A DNA stretch of 32,824 bases from Octopus bimaculoides (GCF_001194135.2 NC_068986.1:69506235-69539058), one strand, 5' to 3'. Shown: positions 1 to 10,990, counted from the first letter of the stretch. The notes: generated by a model not told the origin, from the sequence alone. Made by a program: numbers and translations.

Positions 1-57
1 TTGCTCTAGCACATTTTTCTAATCCGAATTTCATATCTATTTCCTTGGTAAAGCCGT

Positions 58-125
<68 letters not shown>
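58..125. repeat. (TAT)n microsatellite; a second tract at 343-383 forms the tail of the adjacent SINE
   Basis: Direct triplet repeat visible in sequence. Confidence 0.98.
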
Positions 126-127
<2 letters not shown>

Positions 128-342
128 AAAGGTGACAAGCTGGCAGAATCGTTAGTATGCCGGACGAAATTCTTAGCGGCATTTCGTCCATCTTCACGCT
201 CTGAGTTCAAATTCTGCCGAGGTCGACTTTGCCTTTCATCCTTTCGAGGTCGATAAAATAAATACCAGTCGTGCACTAGCGTCCGTGGAATCGACTAGTT
301 CTCTCTCCCGAAATTCTAGGCCTTGTGCCTGTAGTAGAAAGA

Positions 343-343
<1 letters not shown>
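128..343 (+). mobile_element. tRNA-derived SINE, family A (full-length copy ending in an (ATT)n tail)
   Basis: Box A-like TGGCAGAATCG and box B-like GAGTTCAAATTC. Core GAGGTCGACTTTGCCTTTCATCCTTTCG..GTCGATAAAA recurs about 20 times in the window. Confidence 0.9.
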
Positions 344-384
<41 letters not shown>

Positions 385-452
385 TCGATTTGCTGATGAC
401 CTTCTATGTTAAAGTTTCAAAGCAACCTATAGAAAATATTAAAATTATTATT

Positions 453-690
453 AGGAGGCGTAGTTGGATGTGCATGAAGTCTTCATTCGTCAGGTCGATG
501 TAGCGAAAATGGTTGTATGATGGATGAAATTGAAACGCCTGAGAACAAAACCGCTATCAACTTCTTCAAGTGTCACTTGAAGCAGAAGTTAGCGATTGAG
601 AAAGATGTGCGGCCCTCAAGCAAATTTGGTGAAATGTGGGTGCAAATGTCGACAATATTTAAAGGGCCCTTCTTTGAATTCTGTCTGTGA
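453..690 (+). mobile_element. L1/Tx1-like non-LTR retrotransposon relic, ORF2 C-terminus
   Basis: Frameshifted translation VFIRQVDVAKMVV*WMKLKRLRT / KTAINFFKCHLKQKLAIEKDVRPSSKFGEMWVQM resembles the C-terminal region of Tx1/L1-clade ORF2 (recognised from memory, not searched). Confidence 0.5.
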
Positions 691-1259
691 GGCAGCTTGG
701 GAAGGGACGGGAAATTATGGAGCAGAATTTAATCAGATTTACAATTGCACTGCTCCTTGTAGATTGAACCTTACAACACCTTTGTGTGTAGGTGAAGTGA
801 TTGGTTATAGTTTAGCCTATTTTTATGCTGTATTACGTTTTGCTCCTCTTTCGTGATATCATATATATGTACAAATACATGTTTTGTAACCAGTGTGTAT
901 GACATATCTTGTTTTACATGATAAACTGCTGAGGCCATCAAAGATACAACGTTTTATTATTTGCAGACGTTGTGAATCACAAGGACTCTCCCGTTCTATG
1001 CTATTTCAAAGAGAAGTTGAAAACAGGGAGGTACGTCACAAAAGAGCTTGGAGCTCGAAGAACTTGTCGGTAAAAGGTGAGGAAGGGAATTGACAAAATT
1101 TATTTCAAAAAAAAAAAAAAAAAGAGTGAGAGAGAGAGTGTGTGAGAGACAGTACAATATGTCCTCGAAACAGGATTTAGTGGACGCAATCCTTGCCGAT
1201 GCATTGCAGGATATGTGTGCTATTGACTAAATATAGAAAACTGAGCATCAAACCAGGAG

Positions 1260-1690
1260 AGAAGAAAAGCTGGTGCACCACCCTCATATCCATAGGGTGC
1301 CGGAGTACATTTAGGAATACTAGAGTCACGACCAGGATTATTGAATACAAATATTGATCTTTGGTATGTGAGCTTTGGAGCAAGTTCTGATATGTGCATG
1401 CATTGAGATAACGCGCATTAACATGAGATCAGGTGAGGTCTACGTAGACATACTGGACCTGTTGACCCACGATGGTCCCAAAGCCATCTTGGATCTGTGT
1501 CCCGTGGAGAAAATAGAAAGTAGGTCAGTCAAGTTGATAATGTAGAGAAGAAAACCCAGTTGCTCCACATGTAGTAGCATAAGAGACGAAATTGACGAGA
1601 GAAGCTCTCTTGTACTTCTTACAAATTTGGAATCGGAAGAGATAGATAGAGCCGGTAATGTACTTCCTATGGGTAGGCATAGAAAGTACA
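1260..1690 (+). mobile_element. Degenerate non-LTR ORF1-like relic (probably L1/Tx1 type)
   Basis: Stop-interrupted frame RSGEVYVDILDLLTHDGPKAILDLCPVEKIESRSVKLIM*RRKPSCSTC resembles the region before the ORF1 zinc knuckle. A homologous copy lies inverted at 1821-1983. Confidence 0.45.
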
Positions 1691-1820
1691 AGCTTTACTT
1701 CTCTCGTCGCCTTATCTTTGATTTTCATCTTGGTTTTGTAGTTGCTTGTGTTTTGGCATTTATCTTGAGTTGCTGAGAGACACATAAAATTAAATAAAAC
1801 AAGTTATATGACAATACATC

Positions 1821-1983
1821 CAGATCTAAGATAGCCATGAGATCATCGTGGGTCAACAGGTCCAGCATGTCTACATAAACCTCACCTGATTTCCTGCATT
1901 TGCGTGTCATCTTAATGCATGCACTACACACCCGAACTTGCTCTGAAGCTCACTAATCAAGGATCAATGTTTGTTCTCAATAA
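1821..1983 (-). mobile_element. Second, inverted copy of the same ORF1-like relic
   Basis: Encodes KSGEVYVDMLDLLTHDDLMAILDL. 1844-1889 is the reverse complement of 1429-1474 at 43/46 nt. Confidence 0.6.
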
Positions 1984-2256
1984 CATTGAGCAATTCTTGG
2001 CTTCCACTCTTTTATATTTCCTATATTTTAGAATCTTGACCATGAACCATTTCATCTTCATTCTTTTTTGTATATTTAGGTATTTTTTTAATAACTTTTC
2101 TTTTGTCTTGTCCTTATCTAAATATTTTTCATGAGTGTAGTTATTTGATTACTTATATAAAGAGAGAAATTTTCTTTTATAGTTTCCTTATTACATTAAT
2201 CAGTTCTCCTTTGCTTGCCACTAACTAGCCCCACAATTGTTATCTTGTAGTAGTTC

Positions 2257-2291
<35 letters not shown>

Positions 2292-2349
2292 TCTTTTCTA
2301 ATCACCAAACTATCAGAACAGTTTGAATGTGGAAAGGAATGAATCATGA

Positions 2350-2524
2350 TACTTGTTCTTGCTCTTTAGGTTGTGTTTAAATTCCGTCCAACTCAACTTT
2401 ACCTATCAGCTTCCGGGATGAATAAAATGAAGTACCAGTCACGTACTGAGATTGTTGGATCGTTGGTACTGACTAATTCTTTCCTCTCAAAGCTGCTGGC
2501 CTTGTACCTAAATTAGAAACCATT
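2350..2524 (+). mobile_element. Family A SINE, highly degenerate
   Basis: Residual AAATTCCG..CAACTTTACCT, AAGTACCAG and GGCCTTGTACCTAAATTAGAAACCATT motifs. Confidence 0.6.
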
Positions 2525-3512
2525 ATGCTGAAGCAAAAGCTATAACCGCAATTGTTACCCTATCTATATCTGGAAAGCTATTTCTTGTATTCAGCTCGAC
2601 TTTTTTTATTTTCTAACAAAATCGATGAACATCGATTTTCTTGTATTCTTTTCTGTTTTATGTATTATTGTTTCTGTTCAGTTCTTCTCAATGTTAACTT
2701 TGTTTACTTTGTTGTGATGTATGCTTTTGTTCTGTTTGTTGTTAGGTGTTTGGTCAAAGATATAGCTTTCTGCAGCTGTGTATTTTGGTACGTTTTTTTT
2801 TTTTTATATATATATGAGGATTTGTATGGCTTTCACTATCTTTTGGATTTTAAAACTTTTTCTTTGTGCCTATTTTTGATTTGCTCTAATGACTTCTTTG
2901 TTTTCTCTGTAGTGAGTTTTGTAGTATTTTGAATGCGTTTTAAGGTTTCCTTTATTGTATGAGTGGTCATATTTGCTGTGTTGATTTCTTTCTTTTGTTG
3001 AGTCTAATGTGTTTTATATGTGGTGGATTTTGTTTCGGTGCTTCCATTGGTGTGTAGTAGATCGGTTATTTCAAAATTTTGTCGGTTGTTTTGTTATATT
3101 TTCAATGTGTATCGTCATATAATTTGTTTTATTTAATTTTTAATGTTTTGTTATTGTTTATTATAAATCTCTGTATATTTGCAAGTGTGTTTGCATTGAT
3201 ATTTTCGGTCACTTCGTTTTTTTCTTCTCTATCTGGTTTGCCTCTTTTTCAAGGCTCGTATTTGTTGTATACAGTAGTGCTGCAATAGGAATGCAATAAT
3301 TCAAACTAGTGAGCATTGTATTTTTAATTCGTTTTTATTTCCTATGCCAAACAGTATGAAACAAGCCTGTCAATTCTAACTTAAACATTTAACAGAGGCT
3401 CTCCCATGAGCTGCTTGTAACGTTGCTTTCGTATCGTAATTGTAATGTGTTCTCGTTACGTGATTCATTGTATAACATGTCATTGTGAGTAATGCTTTTT
3501 GTTGATGATTCG

Positions 3513-3660
3513 CTATGTGGCAAGAAGTTTGCTTCCCAGCCACGTAGTTCCGAATTCAATCCCACTGCATAGAACCTTGACCGAGTATTTTCTTCTATAG
3601 CCTCGGTCCTACCAAGGCTTCAGAGTAGATTTGGTAGACGAAAACTAAAAGAAGCCAAGA
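3513..3660 (+). mobile_element. tRNA-derived SINE, family B head (degenerate)
   Basis: Aligns with the 14846-14988 copy (..CTATAGCCTCGG..ACCAA.GC.T...GATTTGGTAGACG). Confidence 0.7.
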
Positions 3661-3744
3661 TCGGTATTTAAAATAACGATCATATCAAGTGGTTAGCATG
3701 GGAATAAAAACCTCATAGGTAATAATTATTATTAAAATTATAAC

Positions 3745-3854
3745 TAAGGGTATCTAAAATTAAGGGTAAGCTAAATATATGAACATTTAATGTGGTTTTA
3801 GAGTCAAGTTTTGGCTGCTATATCTAGCATGGTGGTATCTTTTAGATACCCTTA
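3745..3854. mobile_element. Small MITE-like element with perfect 15-bp terminal inverted repeats
   Basis: TAAGGGTATCTAAAA at 3745-3759 and TTTTAGATACCCTTA at 3840-3854. Confidence 0.55.
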
Positions 3855-3868
3855 ATTATAATCTTATA

Positions 3869-4810
3869 NNNNNNNNNNNNNNNNNNNNNNNNNNNNNNNN
3901 NNNNNNNNNNNNNNNNNNNNNNNNNNNNNNNNNNNNNNNNNNNNNNNNNNNNNNNNNNNNNNNNNNNNNNNNNNNNNNNNNNNNNNNNNNNNNNNNNNNN
4001 NNNNNNNNNNNNNNNNNNNNNNNNNNNNNNNNNNNNNNNNNNNNNNNNNNNNNNNNNNNNNNNNNNNNNNNNNNNNNNNNNNNNNNNNNNNNNNNNNNNN
4101 NNNNNNNNNNNNNNNNNNNNNNNNNNNNNNNNNNNNNNNNNNNNNNNNNNNNNNNNNNNNNNNNNNNNNNNNNNNNNNNNNNNNNNNNNNNNNNNNNNNN
4201 NNNNNNNNNNNNNNNNNNNNNNNNNNNNNNNNNNNNNNNNNNNNNNNNNNNNNNNNNNNNNNNNNNNNNNNNNNNNNNNNNNNNNNNNNNNNNNNNNNNN
4301 NNNNNNNNNNNNNNNNNNNNNNNNNNNNNNNNNNNNNNNNNNNNNNNNNNNNNNNNNNNNNNNNNNNNNNNNNNNNNNNNNNNNNNNNNNNNNNNNNNNN
4401 NNNNNNNNNNNNNNNNNNNNNNNNNNNNNNNNNNNNNNNNNNNNNNNNNNNNNNNNNNNNNNNNNNNNNNNNNNNNNNNNNNNNNNNNNNNNNNNNNNNN
4501 NNNNNNNNNNNNNNNNNNNNNNNNNNNNNNNNNNNNNNNNNNNNNNNNNNNNNNNNNNNNNNNNNNNNNNNNNNNNNNNNNNNNNNNNNNNNNNNNNNNN
4601 NNNNNNNNNNNNNNNNNNNNNNNNNNNNNNNNNNNNNNNNNNNNNNNNNNNNNNNNNNNNNNNNNNNNNNNNNNNNNNNNNNNNNNNNNNNNNNNNNNNN
4701 NNNNNNNNNNNNNNNNNNNNNNNNNNNNNNNNNNNNNNNNNNNNNNNNNNNNNNNNNNNNNNNNNNNNNNNNNNNNNNNNNNNNNNNNNNNNNNNNNNNN
4801 NNNNNNNNNN
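3869..4810. other. Assembly gap (N run). Other gaps: 6354-7078, 13941-14054, 30490-30569, 31281-31342 and several 10-N joins
   Basis: Ns in sequence. Confidence 1.
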
Positions 4811-5631
4811 TATATATTATTCTTTCTAAATCTCTGAAAGAGAGACATTCAGTTTCTGTTCTTTAAAGTAAAGGCTATTTGTCAACATAATGTGGCTGTC
4901 CCGAAAGGAACGATGTTACTGTTGTCCCAAAGAACATTGTTTCTAGCTGGTTATACGACACTGCATCCTCATATTTTCAGGCAGTGAGCTCAGCATTACC
5001 ATCAAGCGCAAAACAACATCCATGGACAAGTTTGGGGGTTATTGCTCTTTATCAACACAGAGTAACTGCTTTGACCAGGTGAATTTTTTATTGCGATAAC
5101 TGAAACAGTTGAGCGACTGAAGCAAGATAAAAGATCCAAGCTAAAATATTGATTTATCCTTAGATATATAGACTTAATTTTTAGATAGCGTTAGTTTTAC
5201 TTAAAGATAGTCTGTTTCGATTGTATTAAAAATTTGTTTCTTTTTGTATTATTTCTCTCAAGAGTGTGTATAGTCACTATTTTCGTATGTGACGGTTACA
5301 TTAGTAGTATATTTCATGTAATACGAATAATAACAATCAGTCGTACTTCGTTGTTCCATTTCAATTTTTAAATATTTTGTTTTCAGAAATGTATTCCACT
5401 TTCTTCTGTTCGTCCCTTTTCCTAAACTTATTTACTCACATGTACGCTACTGCAGCAATATATTTTGTACCCAATAATATGTACTATTTAAAATATGTCA
5501 GTTGCACATAGTGGGTCGATATATTGTAATTTCTAAATATATTTTTATTAAATTTAGTTTTGTGTCTAGTGATGTTATCGGATAAGTTAATGACTTCTGG
5601 TGCGCTATGCTTATAAGGTTTTGAAAACAGA

Positions 5632-5702
<71 letters not shown>

Positions 5703-5772
5703 CACCACAACCACCACCTCTTCTTCTTCTTCTTCTTCTTCTTCTTCTTCTTCTTCTTCTTCTTCTTCTTCT
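5632..5772. repeat. Compound triplet microsatellite (ACT)n-(ACC)n-(TCT)n
   Basis: Direct reading. Confidence 0.97.
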
Positions 5773-5786
5773 TTTTCTTCCCTGCA

Positions 5787-5975
5787 GGGGATAAAATGCT
5801 TAGCGGCATTTCGTCTGTTGCTCTGTTTTGAGTTCAAATTCCACCGTAGTCGGTCGACTTTATCTTTCGTCCTTTCGAGATAGATGAAATAAATGCCAGT
5901 TAAGAACTGGAGTTGATGTAATTGACAGCCCCCTCCCCTAAAATTTCATTGCCTTGTGCCTATATCAGAAAGAAT
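5787..5975 (+). mobile_element. Family A SINE, 5'-truncated, with (ATT)n tail to 5997
   Basis: AAAATGCTTAGCGGCATTTCGTC, GAGTTCAAATTC and CCTTGTGCCTATATCAGAAAGAATT match the family core. Confidence 0.88.
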
Positions 5976-5997
5976 TATTATTATTATTATTATTATT

Positions 5998-6353
5998 CAG
6001 TAGTTTTATTTTTATAACGTGCTTTCACTTCACTACCGAGCGCAGCTCTGTGCGCCTTGGGTATGTGCTGTGGTTTGCTGTGGTGCTCTTATGTTTACTG
6101 TATTGAAAGTGTTTTGCGTAGAATGTGTGTAGTACCCAGTAGTGCAATTTTCTGTATGTTATATATATTTGTAAGTCCTGGTGTTTTTGTTATGTATTTG
6201 TCTGAATATTTTTTTATTATACCTAAGGCACCTACTATGATAGGAATTGTTTCTGTTTTTAGATTCCACATTCGAGTTATCTCTATTTCCAGGTCTTTGT
6301 ATTTTGAAAGTTTTTCCATTTCTTTTAGAGAAACGTTGTCATCTGCTGGTATT
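5998..6353 (-). mobile_element. R4/Dong-clade non-LTR retrotransposon family B: 3' end (endonuclease C-terminus plus 3' UTR), cut by the gap
   Basis: ORF 6095-6319 MEKLSKYKDLEIEITRMWNLKTETIPIIVGALG...IQKIALLGTTHILRKTLSIQ is the typical R4/Dong C-terminus. The element ends in (AAT)n. 6231-6353 matches 27256-27378 at 119/123 nt. Confidence 0.88.
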
Positions 6354-7108
6354 NNNNNNNNNNNNNNNNNNNNNNNNNNNNNNNNNNNNNNNNNNNNNNN
6401 NNNNNNNNNNNNNNNNNNNNNNNNNNNNNNNNNNNNNNNNNNNNNNNNNNNNNNNNNNNNNNNNNNNNNNNNNNNNNNNNNNNNNNNNNNNNNNNNNNNN
6501 NNNNNNNNNNNNNNNNNNNNNNNNNNNNNNNNNNNNNNNNNNNNNNNNNNNNNNNNNNNNNNNNNNNNNNNNNNNNNNNNNNNNNNNNNNNNNNNNNNNN
6601 NNNNNNNNNNNNNNNNNNNNNNNNNNNNNNNNNNNNNNNNNNNNNNNNNNNNNNNNNNNNNNNNNNNNNNNNNNNNNNNNNNNNNNNNNNNNNNNNNNNN
6701 NNNNNNNNNNNNNNNNNNNNNNNNNNNNNNNNNNNNNNNNNNNNNNNNNNNNNNNNNNNNNNNNNNNNNNNNNNNNNNNNNNNNNNNNNNNNNNNNNNNN
6801 NNNNNNNNNNNNNNNNNNNNNNNNNNNNNNNNNNNNNNNNNNNNNNNNNNNNNNNNNNNNNNNNNNNNNNNNNNNNNNNNNNNNNNNNNNNNNNNNNNNN
6901 NNNNNNNNNNNNNNNNNNNNNNNNNNNNNNNNNNNNNNNNNNNNNNNNNNNNNNNNNNNNNNNNNNNNNNNNNNNNNNNNNNNNNNNNNNNNNNNNNNNN
7001 NNNNNNNNNNNNNNNNNNNNNNNNNNNNNNNNNNNNNNNNNNNNNNNNNNNNNNNNNNNNNNNNNNNNNNNNNNNNNNTGCCGAGACACACTCAGCCTCC
7101 TAGGGCGA

Positions 7109-7620
7109 GGGCAGCAAGCTGGCAAAATTGTTAGCATGCCGTGCAAAATGCTTAGTGGCATTTCATCTGCCTTTATGTTCTGAGTTCAAATTTCGCCGAC
7201 GTCGACTTTACCTTTTTATCTTTACAGGGTCGATAACCTAAGTACCAGTTGAACACTGGTGTCGATATAATCGGCACCTCTTCTCCCCCAAAATGGCTGC
7301 CTTGTGGGAAAATTTGAAATCATTATCCTTATTGTGATTTACTTTTAATCTGCATGTTTGTTACAATCACTTGCCGAGACACACTCAGCCTCCTAGGGCG
7401 AGGGCAGCAAGCTGGCAAAATTGTTAGCATGCCGTGCAAAATGCTTAGTGGCATTTCATCTGCCTTTATGTTCTGAGTTCAAATTTCGCTGAGGTCGACT
7501 TTACCTTTAATCCTTTTGGGGTTGATAAAATAAGTACCAGTTGAGTGCTGGGATTGTTGTAGTCAACTTACCCCTCCCCGAAATTGCTGCTCTTGTGCTA
7601 AAATTTGAAACTATTAACAT
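7109..7620 (+). mobile_element. Two tandem family A SINEs (about 7109-7325 and 7402-7620)
   Basis: Both carry the family head, box B-like motif and 3' GAAA..ATT end. Confidence 0.88.
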
Positions 7621-7629
7621 TATTATTGA

Positions 7630-8145
7630 ATAAGAGAGCAACACATACTATCAAAATGACACTGGGGTAAAATATTCGAAGCCCATTATAAGGATACACC
7701 AGGTACATGCATCACAACCGTATGTGCGCGACATGGTGATCTCATATCAAGATACGCAGCATATGACCTTGTACGTGGGGTCCAGTTAAAATTTTCTTCA
7801 GGTTGAGTAGCCCATCCCACTCAAAAGGTCCCTGAATAAGGATCGTTTAAAGATGTTGAAACACACATTTTTCACAGGTGAATTATTCAAACCCCAAAGA
7901 ATTGCTCTCAACGCATGGCTATGATGCTCCCCCACTACTTCTGCTTGTGATCAGAAATGCACATATTATCATTCACTTAGGGAATGCTTAACTGGTTATG
8001 GTCAAGCAACTGACTAGCAAATCTGTAGTATTTAGCAGAATATTTGCTGTAGCCCATCTTTTACACCAAGACATGATAACACTTCCACTCAGTTAACATC
8101 AGAAGTCATGAAAGCCAGCGCCTGGTTCAGTACCAGGGCATTTAT
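7630..8145 (-). repeat. Probable interspersed repeat, possibly the antisense 3' region of a non-LTR element abutting a SINE (ATT) tail
   Basis: Composition change right after the SINE tail. It resembles an abundant Octopus repeat as I recall it. Only one copy is in the window, so this is unverified. Confidence 0.35.
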
Positions 8146-8158
8146 TATGTTAAACACC

Positions 8159-8247
8159 AAAGTGGCTTGTTCTTTCTAACAACACATCGTCTTTTAAATA
8201 TTAGTATTCGGAAAGTAACGTAACTAAAGACAAACCGTTTTCTTCTT

Positions 8248-8340
<93 letters not shown>

Positions 8341-8473
8341 GTTGCTGTTATTGAGCGCTATAAATCGTAAGAATCGTTATAGCCTTGAACGAAATGGCTT
8401 GTATTTAGTTACGTCACTTTTCGAATACTAATATTTAAAAGACGATGTGTTGTTGTAAAGAACAAGCCACTTT
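8159..8473. mobile_element. MITE/foldback-like element: 78-bp inverted arms enclosing a (TCT)n(TAT)n microsatellite
   Basis: 8159-8236 versus the reverse complement of 8396-8473: 72/78 identical. Confidence 0.75.
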
Positions 8474-9379
8474 CATGTTTTATTGCCTTTATGTGTTTTC
8501 TAAATGATCTTAACATATTTGCTATTGAAAACAGATAATTTACATTCAACTAGGAAGATACAAATATATTGAAAATATTAAATTGAAAAATAAAATTGAT
8601 TTCTCTTAGAGTATATATTTTTGTTGTTGTTTTGGTTGTTATATTAACGTGTTCATATTGTATAATATTATTTTTTTATCAACTATTTCAGTTATATTTC
8701 AAATATATTGATAAATTTTAATTATAAAGGGGGACTACTTGATTGAATATCTCGCAATATATTGTTGGTACTTATTATATCGACTCTGTTATGAAAAGTA
8801 AACTAGACACTAATGGAAACGAGAGGTGTAAACATGATGGATGAAATTAAATACTGCTATACTTTTAGTCTCAGAAAAGCAACAGCGTTTTCCAAATAAA
8901 CTATGGAAACGTAATTTGTTTCTTCCAAATAAATAGCTGCTATGAACAGTAAATGATTTCTTCCCCTTAACTCAAATCACTCTAGATCCTTATTTAATCC
9001 TTATCACTGACAAAATATATTTATGGGATGTGTAATGGGCTTTGAATTCAGACTATTTCAACACAGCATACCTTCCTTTCTAATTTGTTGGTTTACTCCA
9101 TTGTAAGATACCTATTATTTTAAACAATATCCTTTATTTTATCGACCTTTACTGTTGCGATTGATCGGTGGGCAGTTAAAATATTTGATGATTTATTTTT
9201 GTATTATTAAATTATATTTTCATCTACAATTCAGATAAAAATAGAAAGTTATAATGTAAAAATGATAGCTATAAATATGCGTATTTCAAATTTTAAATAC
9301 GTTTCTCTTTAATCAAGTCCTATTATTCAAACATCAAAGCAATTTATGGCATCCACGATTTCATTTATACACATGTACA

Positions 9380-9486
9380 AACACGCACACACACGCGTGC
9401 ACACACATACGCACGTACACACACGCACGTATACACGCACGTACACACACGCACGTATACACGCACACACACACGCACACACGCAC

Positions 9487-9526
<40 letters not shown>

Positions 9527-9548
9527 ACACAAACACACACACACACAC
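9380..9548. repeat. (CA)n-type dinucleotide tract. Similar CA/TG, GA/CT, TA and (ATAC)n tracts occur at 10366-10440, 10757-10926, 11930-12240, 14080-14330, 19566-19740, 28880-29630, 29800-30640, 31200-31355 and 32590-32824
   Basis: Direct reading. These tracts generate most of the HT/CV/YI/RE-type ORFs in the supplied track. Confidence 0.97.
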
Positions 9549-10218
9549 TTATGCTGAGGTAATGCTTTCAAGAATTTTAGTCGATCATATCGATTCCAGT
9601 AATTATTTCACTCTGATACTTTATCGATTCCGTTTATTGAATTGCTATGTTTTGTAATTTGAGTGAGTGTAAAAAATCGGAACGCAAAGCTTTATGTCTG
9701 TTGGTTTACTCGGTGTACACAAAATTATACAGACGCATTTAGACATATATGAATATATCGTATATATATATGTCAATATATATGATATTTTACCTCGAAA
9801 TTTCAGTCATAAGATATAGATGAAGCTGTGAACCACGACTACAACTCAAAACCATGTTCTTAGGAGCTGAATATCATAACAACACGGATGTGTTTGTGTG
9901 TGTTGTGTACTATGGCCGACTTTGCCGATAAAACTAAAACACTGAATGAAAAATAATATGATGGAATGAAGATATGTGCCAGCGTGGGTAGTGAGCTTTC
10001 TGGACATCGGCTGCAAGAGACGCATCGCTGCTACGTTTGTGCAAAAGTGTGAAGGTTCCGAGTAGGACGAAAAGGCCACATCCGTGCTGCTTTAAGAGAA
10101 CTATATAGCCATGGCATAGCTCGAAATCGAATTGCACCTAACATGTATATAAGTTCTCTGTCTCTTTTTAATTTAGAATATATGTATACAGACACTTATA
10201 CATACATACATACGTATG

Positions 10219-10346
10219 TACGAGAGTGCTGAAAAGTTCATGGCTTTAAGGGTATCGCGAAGGCCTGGTTCAAGGCCCATCTTTCTGAGTTCTTTTACAG
10301 GGCTTAGAAAACCTGAAGGACCGCTGCAATAAGTTTGTGAATCTGA
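10219..10346 (+). mobile_element. Mariner-derived deletion element (TIR-like start fused to the transposase C-terminal segment)
   Basis: TACGAGAGTGCTGAAAAGTTC start, then frameshifted AKAWFKAHLSEFF / GLENLKDRCNKFVNLREE. This resembles the mariner C-terminal pattern F(Y)xxGIxxLxxRWxKCVxxxGxY. Confidence 0.6.
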
Positions 10347-10362
10347 GAGAGGAATAAGGATG

Positions 10363-10406
<44 letters not shown>

Positions 10407-10813
10407 TTCTCAGTCTCTTTCTCTCTCTCAGTCTCTATCTCTTCCTCTTAATCTTTCTCACTCTCTCTCTATCTTTCTATCTTTCTCACTCCCTCACATA
10501 CAAACACACGTGCATATCCACGTTCTCAACGCACTGTGCCGCTATAATTTGCTGAACGAACGACAACCAGAAAAAAACATATTGCCAGTAGTCGAGTTAC
10601 AGTTCAAAAATACTTGATAATGGTGTCAAGAGCCTTAAAAGCTAAATATTATCTAAATCAGTGAGTTTGGAATATTTGCATGTTTAAGATACTCGCAGTC
10701 ACACAAGACAGCGTCGGCGAGACATGGGCTGTTGTGAAGACTACTATGCGCGCGTATGTGTGTGTGTGTTTGTGTGTGTTTGTCGTGTGTGTTTGTGTGT
10801 ATGCGTGTGTGTT

Positions 10814-10861
<48 letters not shown>

Positions 10862-10865
10862 TGTT

Positions 10866-10929
<64 letters not shown>

Positions 10930-10990
10930 GTATGTACATACATCTATATACTTCGCCTGGCTGTCCATCGATTAATTCGAANNNNNNNNN

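Noticed and set aside
2618-2639. Perfect 10-bp palindrome AAAATCGATG-AA-CATCGATTTT
   Set aside because: It is short, lies inside decayed T-rich sequence, and has no supporting context.
3856-7161. Long ORFs (250-348 aa) at 3856-4848 and 6057-7161
   Set aside because: They are open only because they run through N gaps.
9960-10140. GC-richer patch with a vague mariner-like peptide (RYVPAWVVSF...)
   Set aside because: Similarity is too weak, and all frames are interrupted.
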